The notes under the pieces are model-generated. The model was not told the origin of the DNA. It made no database searches and was given only the letters and a program-made list of their open reading frames with translations. DNA of 56,628 nt, taken from Abditibacteriaceae bacterium. GTDB lineage: Bacteria; Armatimonadota; Abditibacteriia; Abditibacteriales; Abditibacteriaceae. Shown in pieces: positions 1-9,490 of this stretch. The stretch spans positions 1 through 56,628 of the forward strand of contig JANMKN010000058.1 in the NCBI GenBank assembly GCA_031372065.1. The letters are read 5' to 3'. Position 1 is the stretch's first letter, and every line of letters starts with the position of its first letter. A program made the position numbers and the translations under genes.

Positions 1-1
1 C

Positions 2-1747
2 ATTGCTTACGATGACAGCGCGACGGTGTATTCACTCACGATTTGTTTGCCGATTCGCCACGAAAAACGCATTGTCGGTGTCGTGAAAGCCTCGCTCAAT
101 GTCTCAGAGTTGTTTTCCAAAGTGCCTACTGTGCTTAAGGAAGAAGGGCTGCGGCATGATGTCGTGCAACGTGATCCTAATGCGTGGCGCATTTTGGTGC
201 GTTTAACCGATAAAAGTTATGTTCCCTTGACCCAGCATATTTCCGAATCCGCTGCGCAAGCGATTACCGGAGAACGTAGGTCGAATGGTTTTTTTGAAAA
301 AAATAATGGCTGGTTTTTGGCGCCCGTAGACAGTCCGAAGCAGGAAGAGGCCCCGCCGACAGAGGCGAGTCGCGATGAAAAAGACATGAATGGCCGTAAT
401 CGGCAAAACGCGCCTGCCAAAGACAGTGCGCGGCACAATAATACCTCCGGTCATGAAGACCTGATTGGCTTTGCCACATTGCATTTCCACCTCGAAAATG
501 TTGACCAAAATGCCTTGGAAAACCTAACGCCGATGTCTGTTTTGGTTTATAACGACACCGATCACGTTTTTCATCATATTTATGACCAATTGAAAATGCA
601 GGCTTTGGCCGGGGTTTTGTTGATAGTCGTTTTTATGGTGATGGGTTTGACGATTGCCCAACGAAAATTGGTGACGCCCCTGCGCCTTTTGAGCGGCGCC
701 GCCGAAGGTTTGGCTTCGACAGCCCGCATTGAAGAAGAAGGTGCGGCGCGCGCCGCCCAAGAAAAAGCGCGGCAATTAGTAGCGCAATTGAAATTAATCA
801 ACACGCGCGATGAAATCCAAGACTTGGCTTCCGATTTCGCCATCATGGCGCAGCGCGTGCTGTCCTACCACGAGCAACTCGAACGCGAACTCAGCGCCAA
901 GACCGGTGAAATTCAACGCGACTTAAAAATCGCGCGCGAATTTCAAGAGTCGCTCTTGCCGCGCGAGTATCCCGAAGTGCCCGAAGAAGGCCTGCAAAAC
1001 GCGCTGAGTTTGAGTTTTCATCATGTTTATCAGCCCGCGACCAGTGTTTGCGGCGATTTCTTCGATGTTTTTAAAGTTTCCGAAGGCCGCGCCGGAGTCT
1101 TCATCGCCGATGTCATGGGACACGGCGCTCGTTCGGCGCTGGTCACGGCGATTCTGCGCACGCTTCTGCAAGATTTGGCCGGACGCGAGGACGACCCGGC
1201 GCATATTTTGGAAAAAATCAACCATCACTTTTCGGGCATTTTGCGCGGCACCGGCCAATTCGTTTTTGCCTCAGCCTTTTGCATGGTGATAGACACCATC
1301 GGACACACTGTAGATTTCGCTTCGGCAGGCCATCCTTCGCCTTTGATCATGGATCGGCAGAATAGTCGGGTGGAACCGCTGCTGCCCGACGATTATGAAG
1401 ATGTCAAACACGCCAATGCCGCGTTGGGCGTAGATGGCGACAGCACTTATACGCGCCACACCCGCGTCTTGCGTCCCGGCGAGGCGTTTTTGCTGTTTAC
1501 CGATGGCGTAAGCGAGGCCCCAGCGCCCGATAGGGAAGAGTTCGGCACCGCGCGATTGTGTCGCTCGGTGCGCCGCCAGATTACGCATCCCATCGCGCGC
1601 ATTTGCCGGGCAGTTTGCGAAGATGTCAACGACTGGATGGCTGGGCTGCCCTCACCGGACGATATTTGCCTTATCGGCGTCGAAATCGGCCCGCCGCGAC
1701 AAAGTGCGATTGTGCTATCCCCAGAATTGGAAAAGGCCAGCACATAA
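2..1747 (+). CDS. Membrane-bound PP2C/SpoIIE-family Ser/Thr phosphatase with TM + HAMP-like linker; 5' end lies outside the window
   Basis: Frame is open from base 2. TM segment ALAGVLLIVVFMVMGLTIA, HAMP-like TRDEIQDLASDFAIM, and PP2C motifs CGDFFDV, IADVMGHG, LFTDGVSE, DDICLI. Confidence 0.9.
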   Translation: MAYDDSATVYSLTICLPIRHEKRIVGVVKASLNVSELFSKVPTVLKEEGLRHDVVQRDPNAWRILVRLTDKSYVPLTQHISESAAQAITGERRSNGFFEKNNGWFLAPVDSPKQEEAPPTEASRDEKDMNGRNRQNAPAKDSARHNNTSGHEDLIGFATLHFHLENVDQNALENLTPMSVLVYNDTDHVFHHIYDQLKMQALAGVLLIVVFMVMGLTIAQRKLVTPLRLLSGAAEGLASTARIEEEGAARAAQEKARQLVAQLKLINTRDEIQDLASDFAIMAQRVLSYHEQLERELSAKTGEIQRDLKIAREFQESLLPREYPEVPEEGLQNALSLSFHHVYQPATSVCGDFFDVFKVSEGRAGVFIADVMGHGARSALVTAILRTLLQDLAGREDDPAHILEKINHHFSGILRGTGQFVFASAFCMVIDTIGHTVDFASAGHPSPLIMDRQNSRVEPLLPDDYEDVKHANAALGVDGDSTYTRHTRVLRPGEAFLLFTDGVSEAPAPDREEFGTARLCRSVRRQITHPIARICRAVCEDVNDWMAGLPSPDDICLIGVEIGPPRQSAIVLSPELEKAST

Positions 1748-1787
1748 AAATAAAAAGGACACGCTCTGGCGTGTCCTTTTTATTTTT
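1746..1787. terminator. Bidirectional intrinsic terminator between convergent genes
   Basis: Inverted repeat AAAAATAAAAAGGACACGC-TCTG-GCGTGTCCTTTTTATTTTT with A/T tracts on both sides. Confidence 0.85.
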
Positions 1788-1798
1788 TCTTTCTTGAT

Positions 1799-2905
1799 TT
1801 AGTGCAGCACCACATCCGGCGCGCGATAAATCGGCGGCGTTTGGGGGGCGGGATAAGGCGTTTGATACGGTGGTTGATAAACCGGCGTGTTTGGTGTTTG
1901 GTAAACCGGCTCGTTTGTCTGTGTGTTGGTTTGGGCGTTGCGATTAAAACCAACCCATTGCAAGCCGCCGGAAAGCGAAAGCATATCGCCCTGCGCGCCT
2001 GCGGTTTGTAGATTCACCGCGACGGGCCAGCGTTTTTGCGGGTCGAAATCGTAAAGCGGATTGAGCCCTTTGGTCAGTTCGTCCACGATAAAACTGGGCA
2101 GGCGCAAATGAGCCACGGACAAAGCCAAATTCTCAGCGCGAACCTGATTCGATTGCACACTCAACAGCCCGCCGGCTTGGAACGGCAAACTGATGCCATA
2201 ATAATTGGCTTTGCCGCCTACCCAAGCGCGTCCGCCATCGAATTTCAAATAAGCGTCCTTGATCGAAGGCAAGCGTGGCACAATGAATTTTTGCGCTTGA
2301 TCGGCGCGCAGTTGCAAATTGAGTGTGCCGGGTTGCCACGATTTAATGTCGAAATCGCCTTGCAGCGCTTTGACAAAATCAAAGCGAATCTCGCCTAAAT
2401 TGGCATCCATGCGATCATAACCGACGCCTTGCATGGTGAAGTTAGTCAAGTTTAGTTTGACGCTGCCGATGCGCCCGTTTTGCCCGCCCAATTGTCCGCC
2501 CAAGATGCTGCCAAAAATATCACCTAAATCGCCGCCGAAGATATTGCCCAAATCGCCGCCGTCGCCGCCAAAAATATCGCCCAAATCGAAATTATTTTTG
2601 CGGGTTACGCTGCCGCGCAGATTCGCCTGATTGCTTTGCAATCCTTGCAGACGCTTCGTTTCGGCGCGCTGGGCCAAAGCCAGCAGATTATCCAGCGAGG
2701 CGCCGTCGAGTGACACGTTGAAGTGATCGAAATCGCCCGGCTGCCGCGCGCTTTTGCGCACCGCATCCACGCGTAGCGAACGCACCGGCCCCAGTTGGCG
2801 GCGCAGCGAAGTTTCCGCCGCGCGATTGAGGGCGTCATTTGTGCCGCCCACGTTTTTCAGGTCTCCTGTGGAAGAAAGTAAAGCTAAAAGCAAAAGCCAA
2901 TGCAT
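1799..2905 (-). CDS. Secreted LmeA/DUF2993-like (tubular lipid-binding) protein
   Basis: 368-aa ORF with hydrophobic N-terminus, beta-rich DUF2993-like pattern, internal DLGDIFGG repeats and a PVYQTP-rich tail. Family is recalled from pattern, not from a search. Confidence 0.55.
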   Translation of the reverse strand: MHWLLLLALLSSTGDLKNVGGTNDALNRAAETSLRRQLGPVRSLRVDAVRKSARQPGDFDHFNVSLDGASLDNLLALAQRAETKRLQGLQSNQANLRGSVTRKNNFDLGDIFGGDGGDLGNIFGGDLGDIFGSILGGQLGGQNGRIGSVKLNLTNFTMQGVGYDRMDANLGEIRFDFVKALQGDFDIKSWQPGTLNLQLRADQAQKFIVPRLPSIKDAYLKFDGGRAWVGGKANYYGISLPFQAGGLLSVQSNQVRAENLALSVAHLRLPSFIVDELTKGLNPLYDFDPQKRWPVAVNLQTAGAQGDMLSLSGGLQWVGFNRNAQTNTQTNEPVYQTPNTPVYQPPYQTPYPAPQTPPIYRAPDVVLH

Positions 2906-3025
2906 GAAAAATCACCCCTTGTCTAATTCAATTCTATTTCAATTGAAAGCTTTCTGCGGACGGGAAAAGTCGCGTTATGTTCTAAAGCGCATCTATGAGA
3001 GTGCATTATAGCGCCGTCTGATTTT

Positions 3026-3985
3026 TTGAAGCAAACTGGGATTGTGGCTACTGCATATTTCACGCACGCACTGTTCAAGGAACATCAAAATTTCGCCGGT
3101 CACCCCGAACGTCCCGAACGCTTGGAGGCCATCAATCAGAAATTGGCGGCGCAGGCATGGCAAGACAAATTAGGGCGGCCCGCTTTTGAAAGCGCGACGG
3201 AAGAAACTATCGCGCTATGCCATCCGCGCGACCATGTTACTCTGATTCGTGAAATGGCAGCGCATGGCGGTGGCATGATTGACGGCGATACCTTGGTTTC
3301 GCCACGCTCTTTTGAAGTCGCAGCGTTGGCCGTGGGCGCGGCGTGCGCGGCGGTTGATACTGTTCTGAAAAAAGAATCGAAAAATGCTTTTTGTTCACTG
3401 CGTCCGCCGGGCCATCATGCGGAAACCTCGAAGGCGATGGGCTTTTGTCTGTTCAACAACATCGCGATTGCGGCGCGCCACGCCCAGAAAACGCATGGCC
3501 TTGACCGTGTGGCGATTGTGGATTGGGATGTCCATCATGGCAACGGCACACAAGAGATTTTTTACGAAGACGCCTCAGTTTTTTTTGCCAGCGTGCATGA
3601 ATGGGGCATTTATCCGGGCACAGGCCGCGCCGACGAAAAAGGCCGGGGTAAAGGTGTCGGCACGACGATCAATTATCCGCTGCGCGCTGGTGGGGGCCGG
3701 ACGCAGTATTTGGACGTGTGGAACGATTTAGGTGAGAAAATCGAAGCCTTCCAGCCGCAGTTGATTTTGGTTTCCGCCGGTTTCGACGCGCACACGCGCG
3801 ACCCGTTGGCCCACATGAAACTCGAAAGCGCGGACTTTGCGGAATTAATGCGACACACCAAAAAGTGGGCGGGAAAACTGTGCGATGATCGCGTGGTTTG
3901 CCTGCTCGAAGGCGGCTACGATTTGCAAGGTTTGAGCGCTTCGACTGTGGCTGTCATCGAAGTTTTGCAAGACAACAATGAATAA
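3026..3985 (+). CDS. Histone deacetylase/AcuC-family amidohydrolase (start may be GTG 3044)
   Basis: Motifs HPERPERL, RPPGHHA, GFCLFNN, DWDVHHGNGTQ, SAGFDAH, LEGGY. Confidence 0.95.
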   Translation: MKQTGIVATAYFTHALFKEHQNFAGHPERPERLEAINQKLAAQAWQDKLGRPAFESATEETIALCHPRDHVTLIREMAAHGGGMIDGDTLVSPRSFEVAALAVGAACAAVDTVLKKESKNAFCSLRPPGHHAETSKAMGFCLFNNIAIAARHAQKTHGLDRVAIVDWDVHHGNGTQEIFYEDASVFFASVHEWGIYPGTGRADEKGRGKGVGTTINYPLRAGGGRTQYLDVWNDLGEKIEAFQPQLILVSAGFDAHTRDPLAHMKLESADFAELMRHTKKWAGKLCDDRVVCLLEGGYDLQGLSASTVAVIEVLQDNNE

Positions 3986-4367
3986 ATCCGCTTTGCTGTT
4001 GGACGATAATTTGATGACGACAGCGCGTGTGCGCTCGCAGTTGGAAAAGATGCAGTATCGCGTGCAAATCGCGCGGCGCTTGCCCGAACCATTAGCTGAA
4101 TCCGAAACCGCTGTTTCACAATCGCCGCAACTGGTTATCATCAATCTTGGCTCGCGCAGTTTGCCGGGCATCGCACTTATAACATCTTGTTTGCAACAAT
4201 TTCCGGCGGCGCGCGTTGTAGGGTTCTGCGGACACGCGGAAATCGAAATTCGCCGCGCGGCGAAACAAGCTGGGCTGGCCCGCATTCTAACCAACGACGA
4301 GGCTTTGCAGGATTTAGCCAAAAGTTTAGGAGTTCACACCGTTGACGACGTTGAAAACGCCACTTAA
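3978..4367 (+). CDS. Single-domain CheY-like (pseudo)receiver protein
   Basis: LLLDDN start, PQLVIINL, VVGFCGH, AAKQAG follow the receiver fold pattern. Overlaps the HDAC stop. Confidence 0.7.
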   Translation: MNKSALLLDDNLMTTARVRSQLEKMQYRVQIARRLPEPLAESETAVSQSPQLVIINLGSRSLPGIALITSCLQQFPAARVVGFCGHAEIEIRRAAKQAGLARILTNDEALQDLAKSLGVHTVDDVENAT

Positions 4368-4905
4368 TTTTTTCATCAAAACTGTTGTTTGCACCGCACT
4401 GGCGAGCATCCTTTCATGGGCGCCGTGCGGTTTTGTTGTGCCCGCACAAGCGGACGGCACCGAGAAAACCTTTGCTGTCGTGCCTTTCGAGACGCTGGGC
4501 GTTGGCAGCGAAAGTGGCTGCGCCAAGCGTGCTTTGTTTGCCATAAACGATGAAGCCGAATGGCAGCGCGTGTGGGGCGTGCATACGCAGAACATCGCCG
4601 ATGCGCAAAGCCTGCCGAAAGTTGATTTTTTGCGTCAGACGGTGATTGCCGTTTTGTCGGGCGAGCGCAGCGATGGAAAATCTTTGCAAGTGGGGCAAGT
4701 GGTGCGCGGAACGCAAGAAACGGTGGTTTATTTCCTGTTGAGCGACGAAAAATCGTGGTTGGGCGTCGCTGAAACGCAAACCAAAAACGATGAGCCGCAA
4801 ACGGTGCGACCCTATGTGTTCGTGGCGGTTGATAAAGTAAATTCGCCATTGCGCTTCGCGGACATCTACGGCGCGCAGAACATATGCAGCAAGTGCGCCG
4901 GATAA
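4342..4905 (+). CDS. Secreted PrcB C-terminal-domain-like protein
   Basis: Signal-like N-terminus. INDEAEWQRVW...LPKVDFLRQTVIAVLSGE...RPYVFVAV resembles PrcB_C. Confidence 0.6.
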   Translation: MTTLKTPLNFFIKTVVCTALASILSWAPCGFVVPAQADGTEKTFAVVPFETLGVGSESGCAKRALFAINDEAEWQRVWGVHTQNIADAQSLPKVDFLRQTVIAVLSGERSDGKSLQVGQVVRGTQETVVYFLLSDEKSWLGVAETQTKNDEPQTVRPYVFVAVDKVNSPLRFADIYGAQNICSKCAG

Positions 4906-4917
4906 TCACCAAAAACC

Positions 4918-4966
4918 GCAAAAGGCCGCTCTGGAATTGCATCCAGAGCGGCCTTTTTGCTTTTTT
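4918..4966. terminator. Bidirectional intrinsic terminator
   Basis: GCAAAAGGCCGCTCTGGA-ATTGCA-TCCAGAGCGGCCTTTTTGC between convergent genes. Confidence 0.85.
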
Positions 4967-4979
4967 GTGCAGCGTGGAT

Positions 4980-5564
4980 TTAGCGCGAGACTTTGTTGCC
5001 ACTGCCGCGCATTATCATGAAAACAATGCCGCCTAAAATCGCGCCGCCGATCAGACCGAAAGCGGCTTGCTTCATCGCAATACCAATAACGGCGGCAATA
5101 ATCAACACCACCAACGCGGCAATGCCCGCCGTGGACGAGCTGCCTCCGCCAGAAGTGGGCAGCGGTTTCGCGACGGGTTCAGGAGTTTTTGGCGTTTCGG
5201 TGCGCAAACCCAAAACTTGCGCTTCTTCTTCGGATTTCGCCGGTTTGCCTTCGACCACGCGCAGAAAATCGAGGTAAGCTGGCACGCTTTCGCCCGCTTG
5301 AAGTTTCTGCCGATATTCGTCATATTTGGCGCGTTTGGTTTCGTCGGTCAAAATGGAGCGAGCGCCGGGCAGTAAATCGAGCCACAACAAATACTCGCGG
5401 CGTTTTTGCGCGTTGCGATGGTCACGATTGGCTTGCGCTTCGGCATACAAATCGTTGATGCGGCCCCGAATCGCCGCTGTGGTGGCATCGGCAGGTTGAT
5501 CCAGCAAATTGTAATAATCGAGAAAGTCGTTGGGATTCGCGGCAAGGTTTTCTGGAAGTGGCAT
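4980..5564 (-). CDS. J-domain-like protein lacking HPD, with two C-terminal TM helices
   Basis: DYYNLL...A..I and ARSILTDETKRAKYD are J-domain helix I and IV signatures. Hydrophobic C-terminus. Confidence 0.7.
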   Translation of the reverse strand: MPLPENLAANPNDFLDYYNLLDQPADATTAAIRGRINDLYAEAQANRDHRNAQKRREYLLWLDLLPGARSILTDETKRAKYDEYRQKLQAGESVPAYLDFLRVVEGKPAKSEEEAQVLGLRTETPKTPEPVAKPLPTSGGGSSSTAGIAALVVLIIAAVIGIAMKQAAFGLIGGAILGGIVFMIMRGSGNKVSR

Positions 5565-5769
5565 GGCGGCGATGTCCTTTGCGATGGGAAGTCAGAATAA
5601 CGGCAAAACAACAGGGAACGATGCAACGGCAAGCATTTTAGCAAGATTTCTCTTCTGACAAAAGGCGAGACGGCGTAATTTGACCCTGCCAGAGAGTTCC
5701 TACCGCCTTTTCAGGCCAATATTGCGGTGAAATGGCAGCCAATCGAACGCCATGAAACGAATTGCCCGC

Positions 5770-6220
5770 TTCTTTTGCGAGCGGGCAAGGGCGTTTTTAG
5801 CTTGTGGTGGCATTCCTATCGCCTGTGAAGGGGCACTTTTGGTCTGCGAAGGCGCGTGCAACAGTTGTAGGGACAGGGCTTGTCCCTACCCTTTGGCGTG
5901 GATGATGTCGTTCAAAGGGGCACGGCAGGCCATGCCCCTACAAATCGCGTGTTTCGGCCCGTTTATCTCGTGTGGGCGCGCACTTATGTCTTGTGTGCCC
6001 TCACTTATGTCTTGTGGGTGCGCACTTATGTCTTGTGGGTGCCCACTTATCGTTTGTGGTCGCACACTTATCAATAAGTGTGGACATACAACACATAAGT
6101 GCGCACCCGCAAACCATAAGTGCGCACCCACAAGACATAAGAGTGCCTCCACAGAACATGGGAATGCCTCCACAAAGCATATGAGTGCCGCCACACGGCA
6201 TCGGAAGGCTCTCGCATGAC
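5770..6220. repeat. Intergenic 21-bp tandem array arranged as a large inverted repeat (centre 6072/6073)
   Basis: Units like GCACTTATGTCTTGTGGGTGC on the left and their reverse complements (GCACCCACAAGACATAAG) on the right. Centre CACACTTAT-CA-ATAAGTGTG. Confidence 0.85.
5865..5943. repeat. REPIN-like inverted pair of GTAG-type REP sequences inserted in the 21-bp array
   Basis: GTAGGGACAGGGCTTGTCCCTACCC (5867-5891) and, on the minus strand, GTAGGGGCATGGCCTGCCGTGCCCC (5941-5917). Confidence 0.75.
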
Positions 6221-6375
6221 AGAGGAGTGGAGTAATAGGAAAGCGGCCAAGCGTTGCAGATCGCACATAAACCGCTGAAGGCTATAAATTAGGCGCTGAT
6301 GCTATTTTCTATCGCTTCCAACCCTTTATGCGCTTTGAGGCGCTCTGCAATTTTATCCTGCCAAGCGCCGCTATC

Positions 6376-7119
6376 TCACTTTGAGAGCAGCGAAAAGGTC
6401 CTTTTGCCAGCGTTTGGCGTTTGTTCTATGGTTTTTTGCGTCAGGCCGTTGCTCAACATATTGGCACTTTGCGTGGGATTATTGCTGCGCAGCCATTTGA
6501 CGTGTCCATCGGCAAAGGCGAAGTTGGCACCATCCAAATGAATTTGCGCAGCGGGATAAGTGGCAACGCCAGCGGGCGAAGGCGCGCAGCGTTGGCCGAA
6601 TTGGGAAAGCGAAGTGCCGTCGCCACACTGATTGTAGCGCGCATCGCCTGTCGGCGTGCCCGTTGTGTTGCCGCCATCGCCCGCAATGACTGTTTGCGAC
6701 GATGAACCAAGCATATCTTCGTCCGCGCCCGTCCATTTGCCTTTGTAAAACACCATGAAATTGGCGTTATACCAGTAGTCGCTGTAACCGGGCTTGGTCG
6801 GGTCATCATCGCCTCCGTTGACATCAACGGGACATTGATAAACCTGCGTATTTTTGATGTAAGGTTGCAGCGCATCGGCCCAGCCGTAAGGCGGCACGCC
6901 TTTCGATGAACCGCTCGTCACCCTAAAAACTGGATAATGCTCATCGAAATCGTTGATGTATTGCTTGAAACCAAGCGCCATTTGCTTCATGTTGTTCTGG
7001 CAAGTGGGGCCATGAACATTTTCACGGCGTGCATAAATCGGAAACAAGATCGCGGCGATAACGGCGAGAACGCCGACAACGACCAACATTTCAAGCAAGG
7101 AAAAAGCGCGGCGTTGCAT
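6376..7119 (-). CDS. Prepilin-type N-methylation / DUF1559 / H-X9-DG domain protein
   Basis: RAFSLLEMLVVVGVLAVIAAILFP, CQNNMKQMALG, QVYQCP, HLDGANFAFADGHVKW. Confidence 0.92.
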   Translation of the reverse strand: MQRRAFSLLEMLVVVGVLAVIAAILFPIYARRENVHGPTCQNNMKQMALGFKQYINDFDEHYPVFRVTSGSSKGVPPYGWADALQPYIKNTQVYQCPVDVNGGDDDPTKPGYSDYWYNANFMVFYKGKWTGADEDMLGSSSQTVIAGDGGNTTGTPTGDARYNQCGDGTSLSQFGQRCAPSPAGVATYPAAQIHLDGANFAFADGHVKWLRSNNPTQSANMLSNGLTQKTIEQTPNAGKRTFSLLSK

Positions 7120-7221
7120 AAGAAGACCTCCAAAAATGCGTGCAACCTATTTGATGCAAAAACCGCCCCGAAAAGTTCGGATTCGTGATATGCTTTTGAA
7201 AAATGCCGCCGTGTTTTGCTT

Positions 7222-8343
7222 ATGTTCTCTGTTCAACACCTGCTCGACACATTAAACAAAACCTTCCCGCTGTCCCGCGCCGAAAAGTGGGACAAAGTTG
7301 GCTTGCAAGTTGGCGATGCGCGCCGCGCAGTGCAGCGTGTTCTCGTGGCGCATGAAGTGACCGAAACGGTGCTTCATCAAATCGAAGAAAACTGCACTTT
7401 GGTGGTTTATCATCCGCTGATTTTCCGCGCGCTGGAAACCCTTGATTTTCAAAATCACACCGCGAATTTAGTGGGGATTTGCATCGCGCAAAAAGTGGAT
7501 GTCATCGCGGTGCATACAGCGCTCGATAACGCGCCACCGCTTTCCGTCAAACAACCGGGCGCGCTCGGCGATGCGTTAGCTCATGAACTCGATTTGCAAA
7601 ATATCAGCGTTTTAGCGCCGTCGGGCCGCGAATCTTTGTGTAAAATCGCTGTTTTTGTGCCGCCAAGTCACTTGGAAGCCGTGCAAATGGCGATGTGGGG
7701 CGCGGGCGCCGGGCAAATCGGACTTTACGACGAAGCCAGTTTTCGTTTGCGCGGGCAGGGCACCTTTCGACCTTTGCCGGGCGCGAAGCCTTTTGAAGGC
7801 CAAGTCGGGCAGCGCGCAGAAGTGGACGAATGGCGTTTGGAAGTCATCGTGCCCGAAGCGCAAAGCGGCGCGGCCATCGCGGCCATGCGCAAGGCGCATC
7901 CTTATGAAGAAGTCGCTTACGATGTTTATCCGCTGCGCAACGCGATTCATCCTTATGGCTCGGCGCGCGCCGGTGAATTAGTCGCGCCGCTATCGCTTGC
8001 AGATTTCGCCGCGCAAGTGAAAGGTGCCTTGCGGGCGCCGAATGTGCGCGTGGTGCAGGGCGCAAAGCGCGACATCCGGCGTGTAGCGTGTGTGCCCGGC
8101 AGCGGCGCCAGTTATATTGATGACGCGTTTCAAAATGGCTGCGATTGCCTCGTAACGGGCGATATTAAGCATCACGACGCCCTCAAGGCGCAGGCTTTGG
8201 GGTTATCCTTAATAGATGCCACGCACACTGCCACCGAACGCGCCGCTGTGCCGCTGATCGCCGAAGTTTTGCGCGCTGTGGCCAGTTTGCAAGTGGACAT
8301 TTGTGACGTGGACACCAACCCTTTCGAGGCAATGCCAAATTGA
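7222..8343 (+). CDS. Nif3-like dinuclear metal-centre protein with inserted PII-like (YqfO-type) domain
   Basis: AEKWDKVGLQVG, YHPLIF, HTALD, GAGQIGLY, HPYEEVAYD, TGDIKHH, HTATE. Confidence 0.93.
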   Translation: MFSVQHLLDTLNKTFPLSRAEKWDKVGLQVGDARRAVQRVLVAHEVTETVLHQIEENCTLVVYHPLIFRALETLDFQNHTANLVGICIAQKVDVIAVHTALDNAPPLSVKQPGALGDALAHELDLQNISVLAPSGRESLCKIAVFVPPSHLEAVQMAMWGAGAGQIGLYDEASFRLRGQGTFRPLPGAKPFEGQVGQRAEVDEWRLEVIVPEAQSGAAIAAMRKAHPYEEVAYDVYPLRNAIHPYGSARAGELVAPLSLADFAAQVKGALRAPNVRVVQGAKRDIRRVACVPGSGASYIDDAFQNGCDCLVTGDIKHHDALKAQALGLSLIDATHTATERAAVPLIAEVLRAVASLQVDICDVDTNPFEAMPN

Positions 8344-8349
8344 ATTTTT

Positions 8350-9036
8350 ATGGATCGCAAATTATTTGATTTACAAGAAGCCGACAACAACATGGCGCGC
8401 TTGCGCCGCGAACGTGCGAAATTAGACGACGCCACTTCGCTGCGTGGCGAGCGCGATACCTTGCAAAACGCTGTCAATGCAGAAATAGTGCGTTTGCAAA
8501 AAATGCACGCCGAGCGCACCGACAAGGAACTGGAACTCAAAACCGCCGAAGAGAAAATCGCGCGGCAAAACTCTCGCTTGATGAGCGCCACGGCGACACA
8601 CGAAGTCACCGCGTTGCAGCGCGATATTACAGCACTAAACCGCGCGCGCGGCGATTTGGATGAAGCGATTCTGATTCTGATGGACGAAGACGAAACCGGT
8701 CAGGCCAATCTTGCGCAGTTGCAAAGTCAACTCGAAGACAAAAGCGCCGAAACCGCGCAAGCCGAAGCGCATTTCAAAGCCGAAACCGAGCGCATCGAAA
8801 ACGAAATCGCCGCCACGCAAGCCAAACGCGATGCTCTGGCGCAGAGTATCGAACCGGATGCGCTGGAAAAATATAATGACCTCGCCGCGCGGCATCATGG
8901 CGTGGCCGTCGCGCATCCTGAAAAAGGCAACTGCTCGGCGTGCGGCATGACGATTACGCCTTTTAATCTCAAGGACGCCAAAACCAAAGCGTGGCCCGAA
9001 TGCGACAATTGCGGGCGGCTTTTATATATCGAATGA
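8350..9036 (+). CDS. Coiled-coil protein with C-terminal C4 zinc ribbon (DUF164/CT398-like)
   Basis: Long heptad-rich helix followed by CSACGM...CDNCGRLL. This family is a usual neighbour of Nif3. Confidence 0.88.
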   Translation: MDRKLFDLQEADNNMARLRRERAKLDDATSLRGERDTLQNAVNAEIVRLQKMHAERTDKELELKTAEEKIARQNSRLMSATATHEVTALQRDITALNRARGDLDEAILILMDEDETGQANLAQLQSQLEDKSAETAQAEAHFKAETERIENEIAATQAKRDALAQSIEPDALEKYNDLAARHHGVAVAHPEKGNCSACGMTITPFNLKDAKTKAWPECDNCGRLLYIE

Positions 9037-9458
9037 AAAACAAAACACTCTGGCTGGCGCCTTTGGCTGTGTTTGGCGTCGGCATTATCATTTTGGGCGC
9101 GAAGAATCCGGGCAACGTGGCACAAACGCAGCCCGAATCGGCTGATCCTCGTTTGCGCACGCGTCACTACAAAACCTCGCTGACCGAAGCTTATCAAGTC
9201 GTGCTAACCGTGATTCCGCAATTGCGCACTTATGGCAAAGCGTGGCACATTGTCGCGCACGAAGAAAACGAAGTGCGCGCCGAAGTGCCGGTTTTGCTGT
9301 TTACCGACGATTTGATCGTCACCTTAAAAGAAGTGTCCGGCGGCGTGACTTTGGATGTGCATAGCGCTTCGCGCCTCGGCAAAGGCGATTTTGGCGAAAA
9401 TCGTCGCCATATTGTGCAGTTGTTGGCCGTGCTGGATGAAAAATTACTGTTGAATTGA
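9033..9458 (+). CDS. DUF1499-family protein
   Basis: ATGA overlap with the upstream stop. Motifs FTDDL and HSASRLGKGDFGENRRHI. Confidence 0.85.
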   Translation: MKNKTLWLAPLAVFGVGIIILGAKNPGNVAQTQPESADPRLRTRHYKTSLTEAYQVVLTVIPQLRTYGKAWHIVAHEENEVRAEVPVLLFTDDLIVTLKEVSGGVTLDVHSASRLGKGDFGENRRHIVQLLAVLDEKLLLN

Positions 9459-9490
9459 AAAACGAGGTCGTAATTTAGTCAGTTGTCAAA

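Noticed and set aside
5752..6268. Cys-rich ORFs (CALMSCG repeats) as metallothionein-like proteins
   Set aside because: They arise in several frames and on both strands from the 21-bp palindromic array, run through a REPIN, and have no clear RBS.
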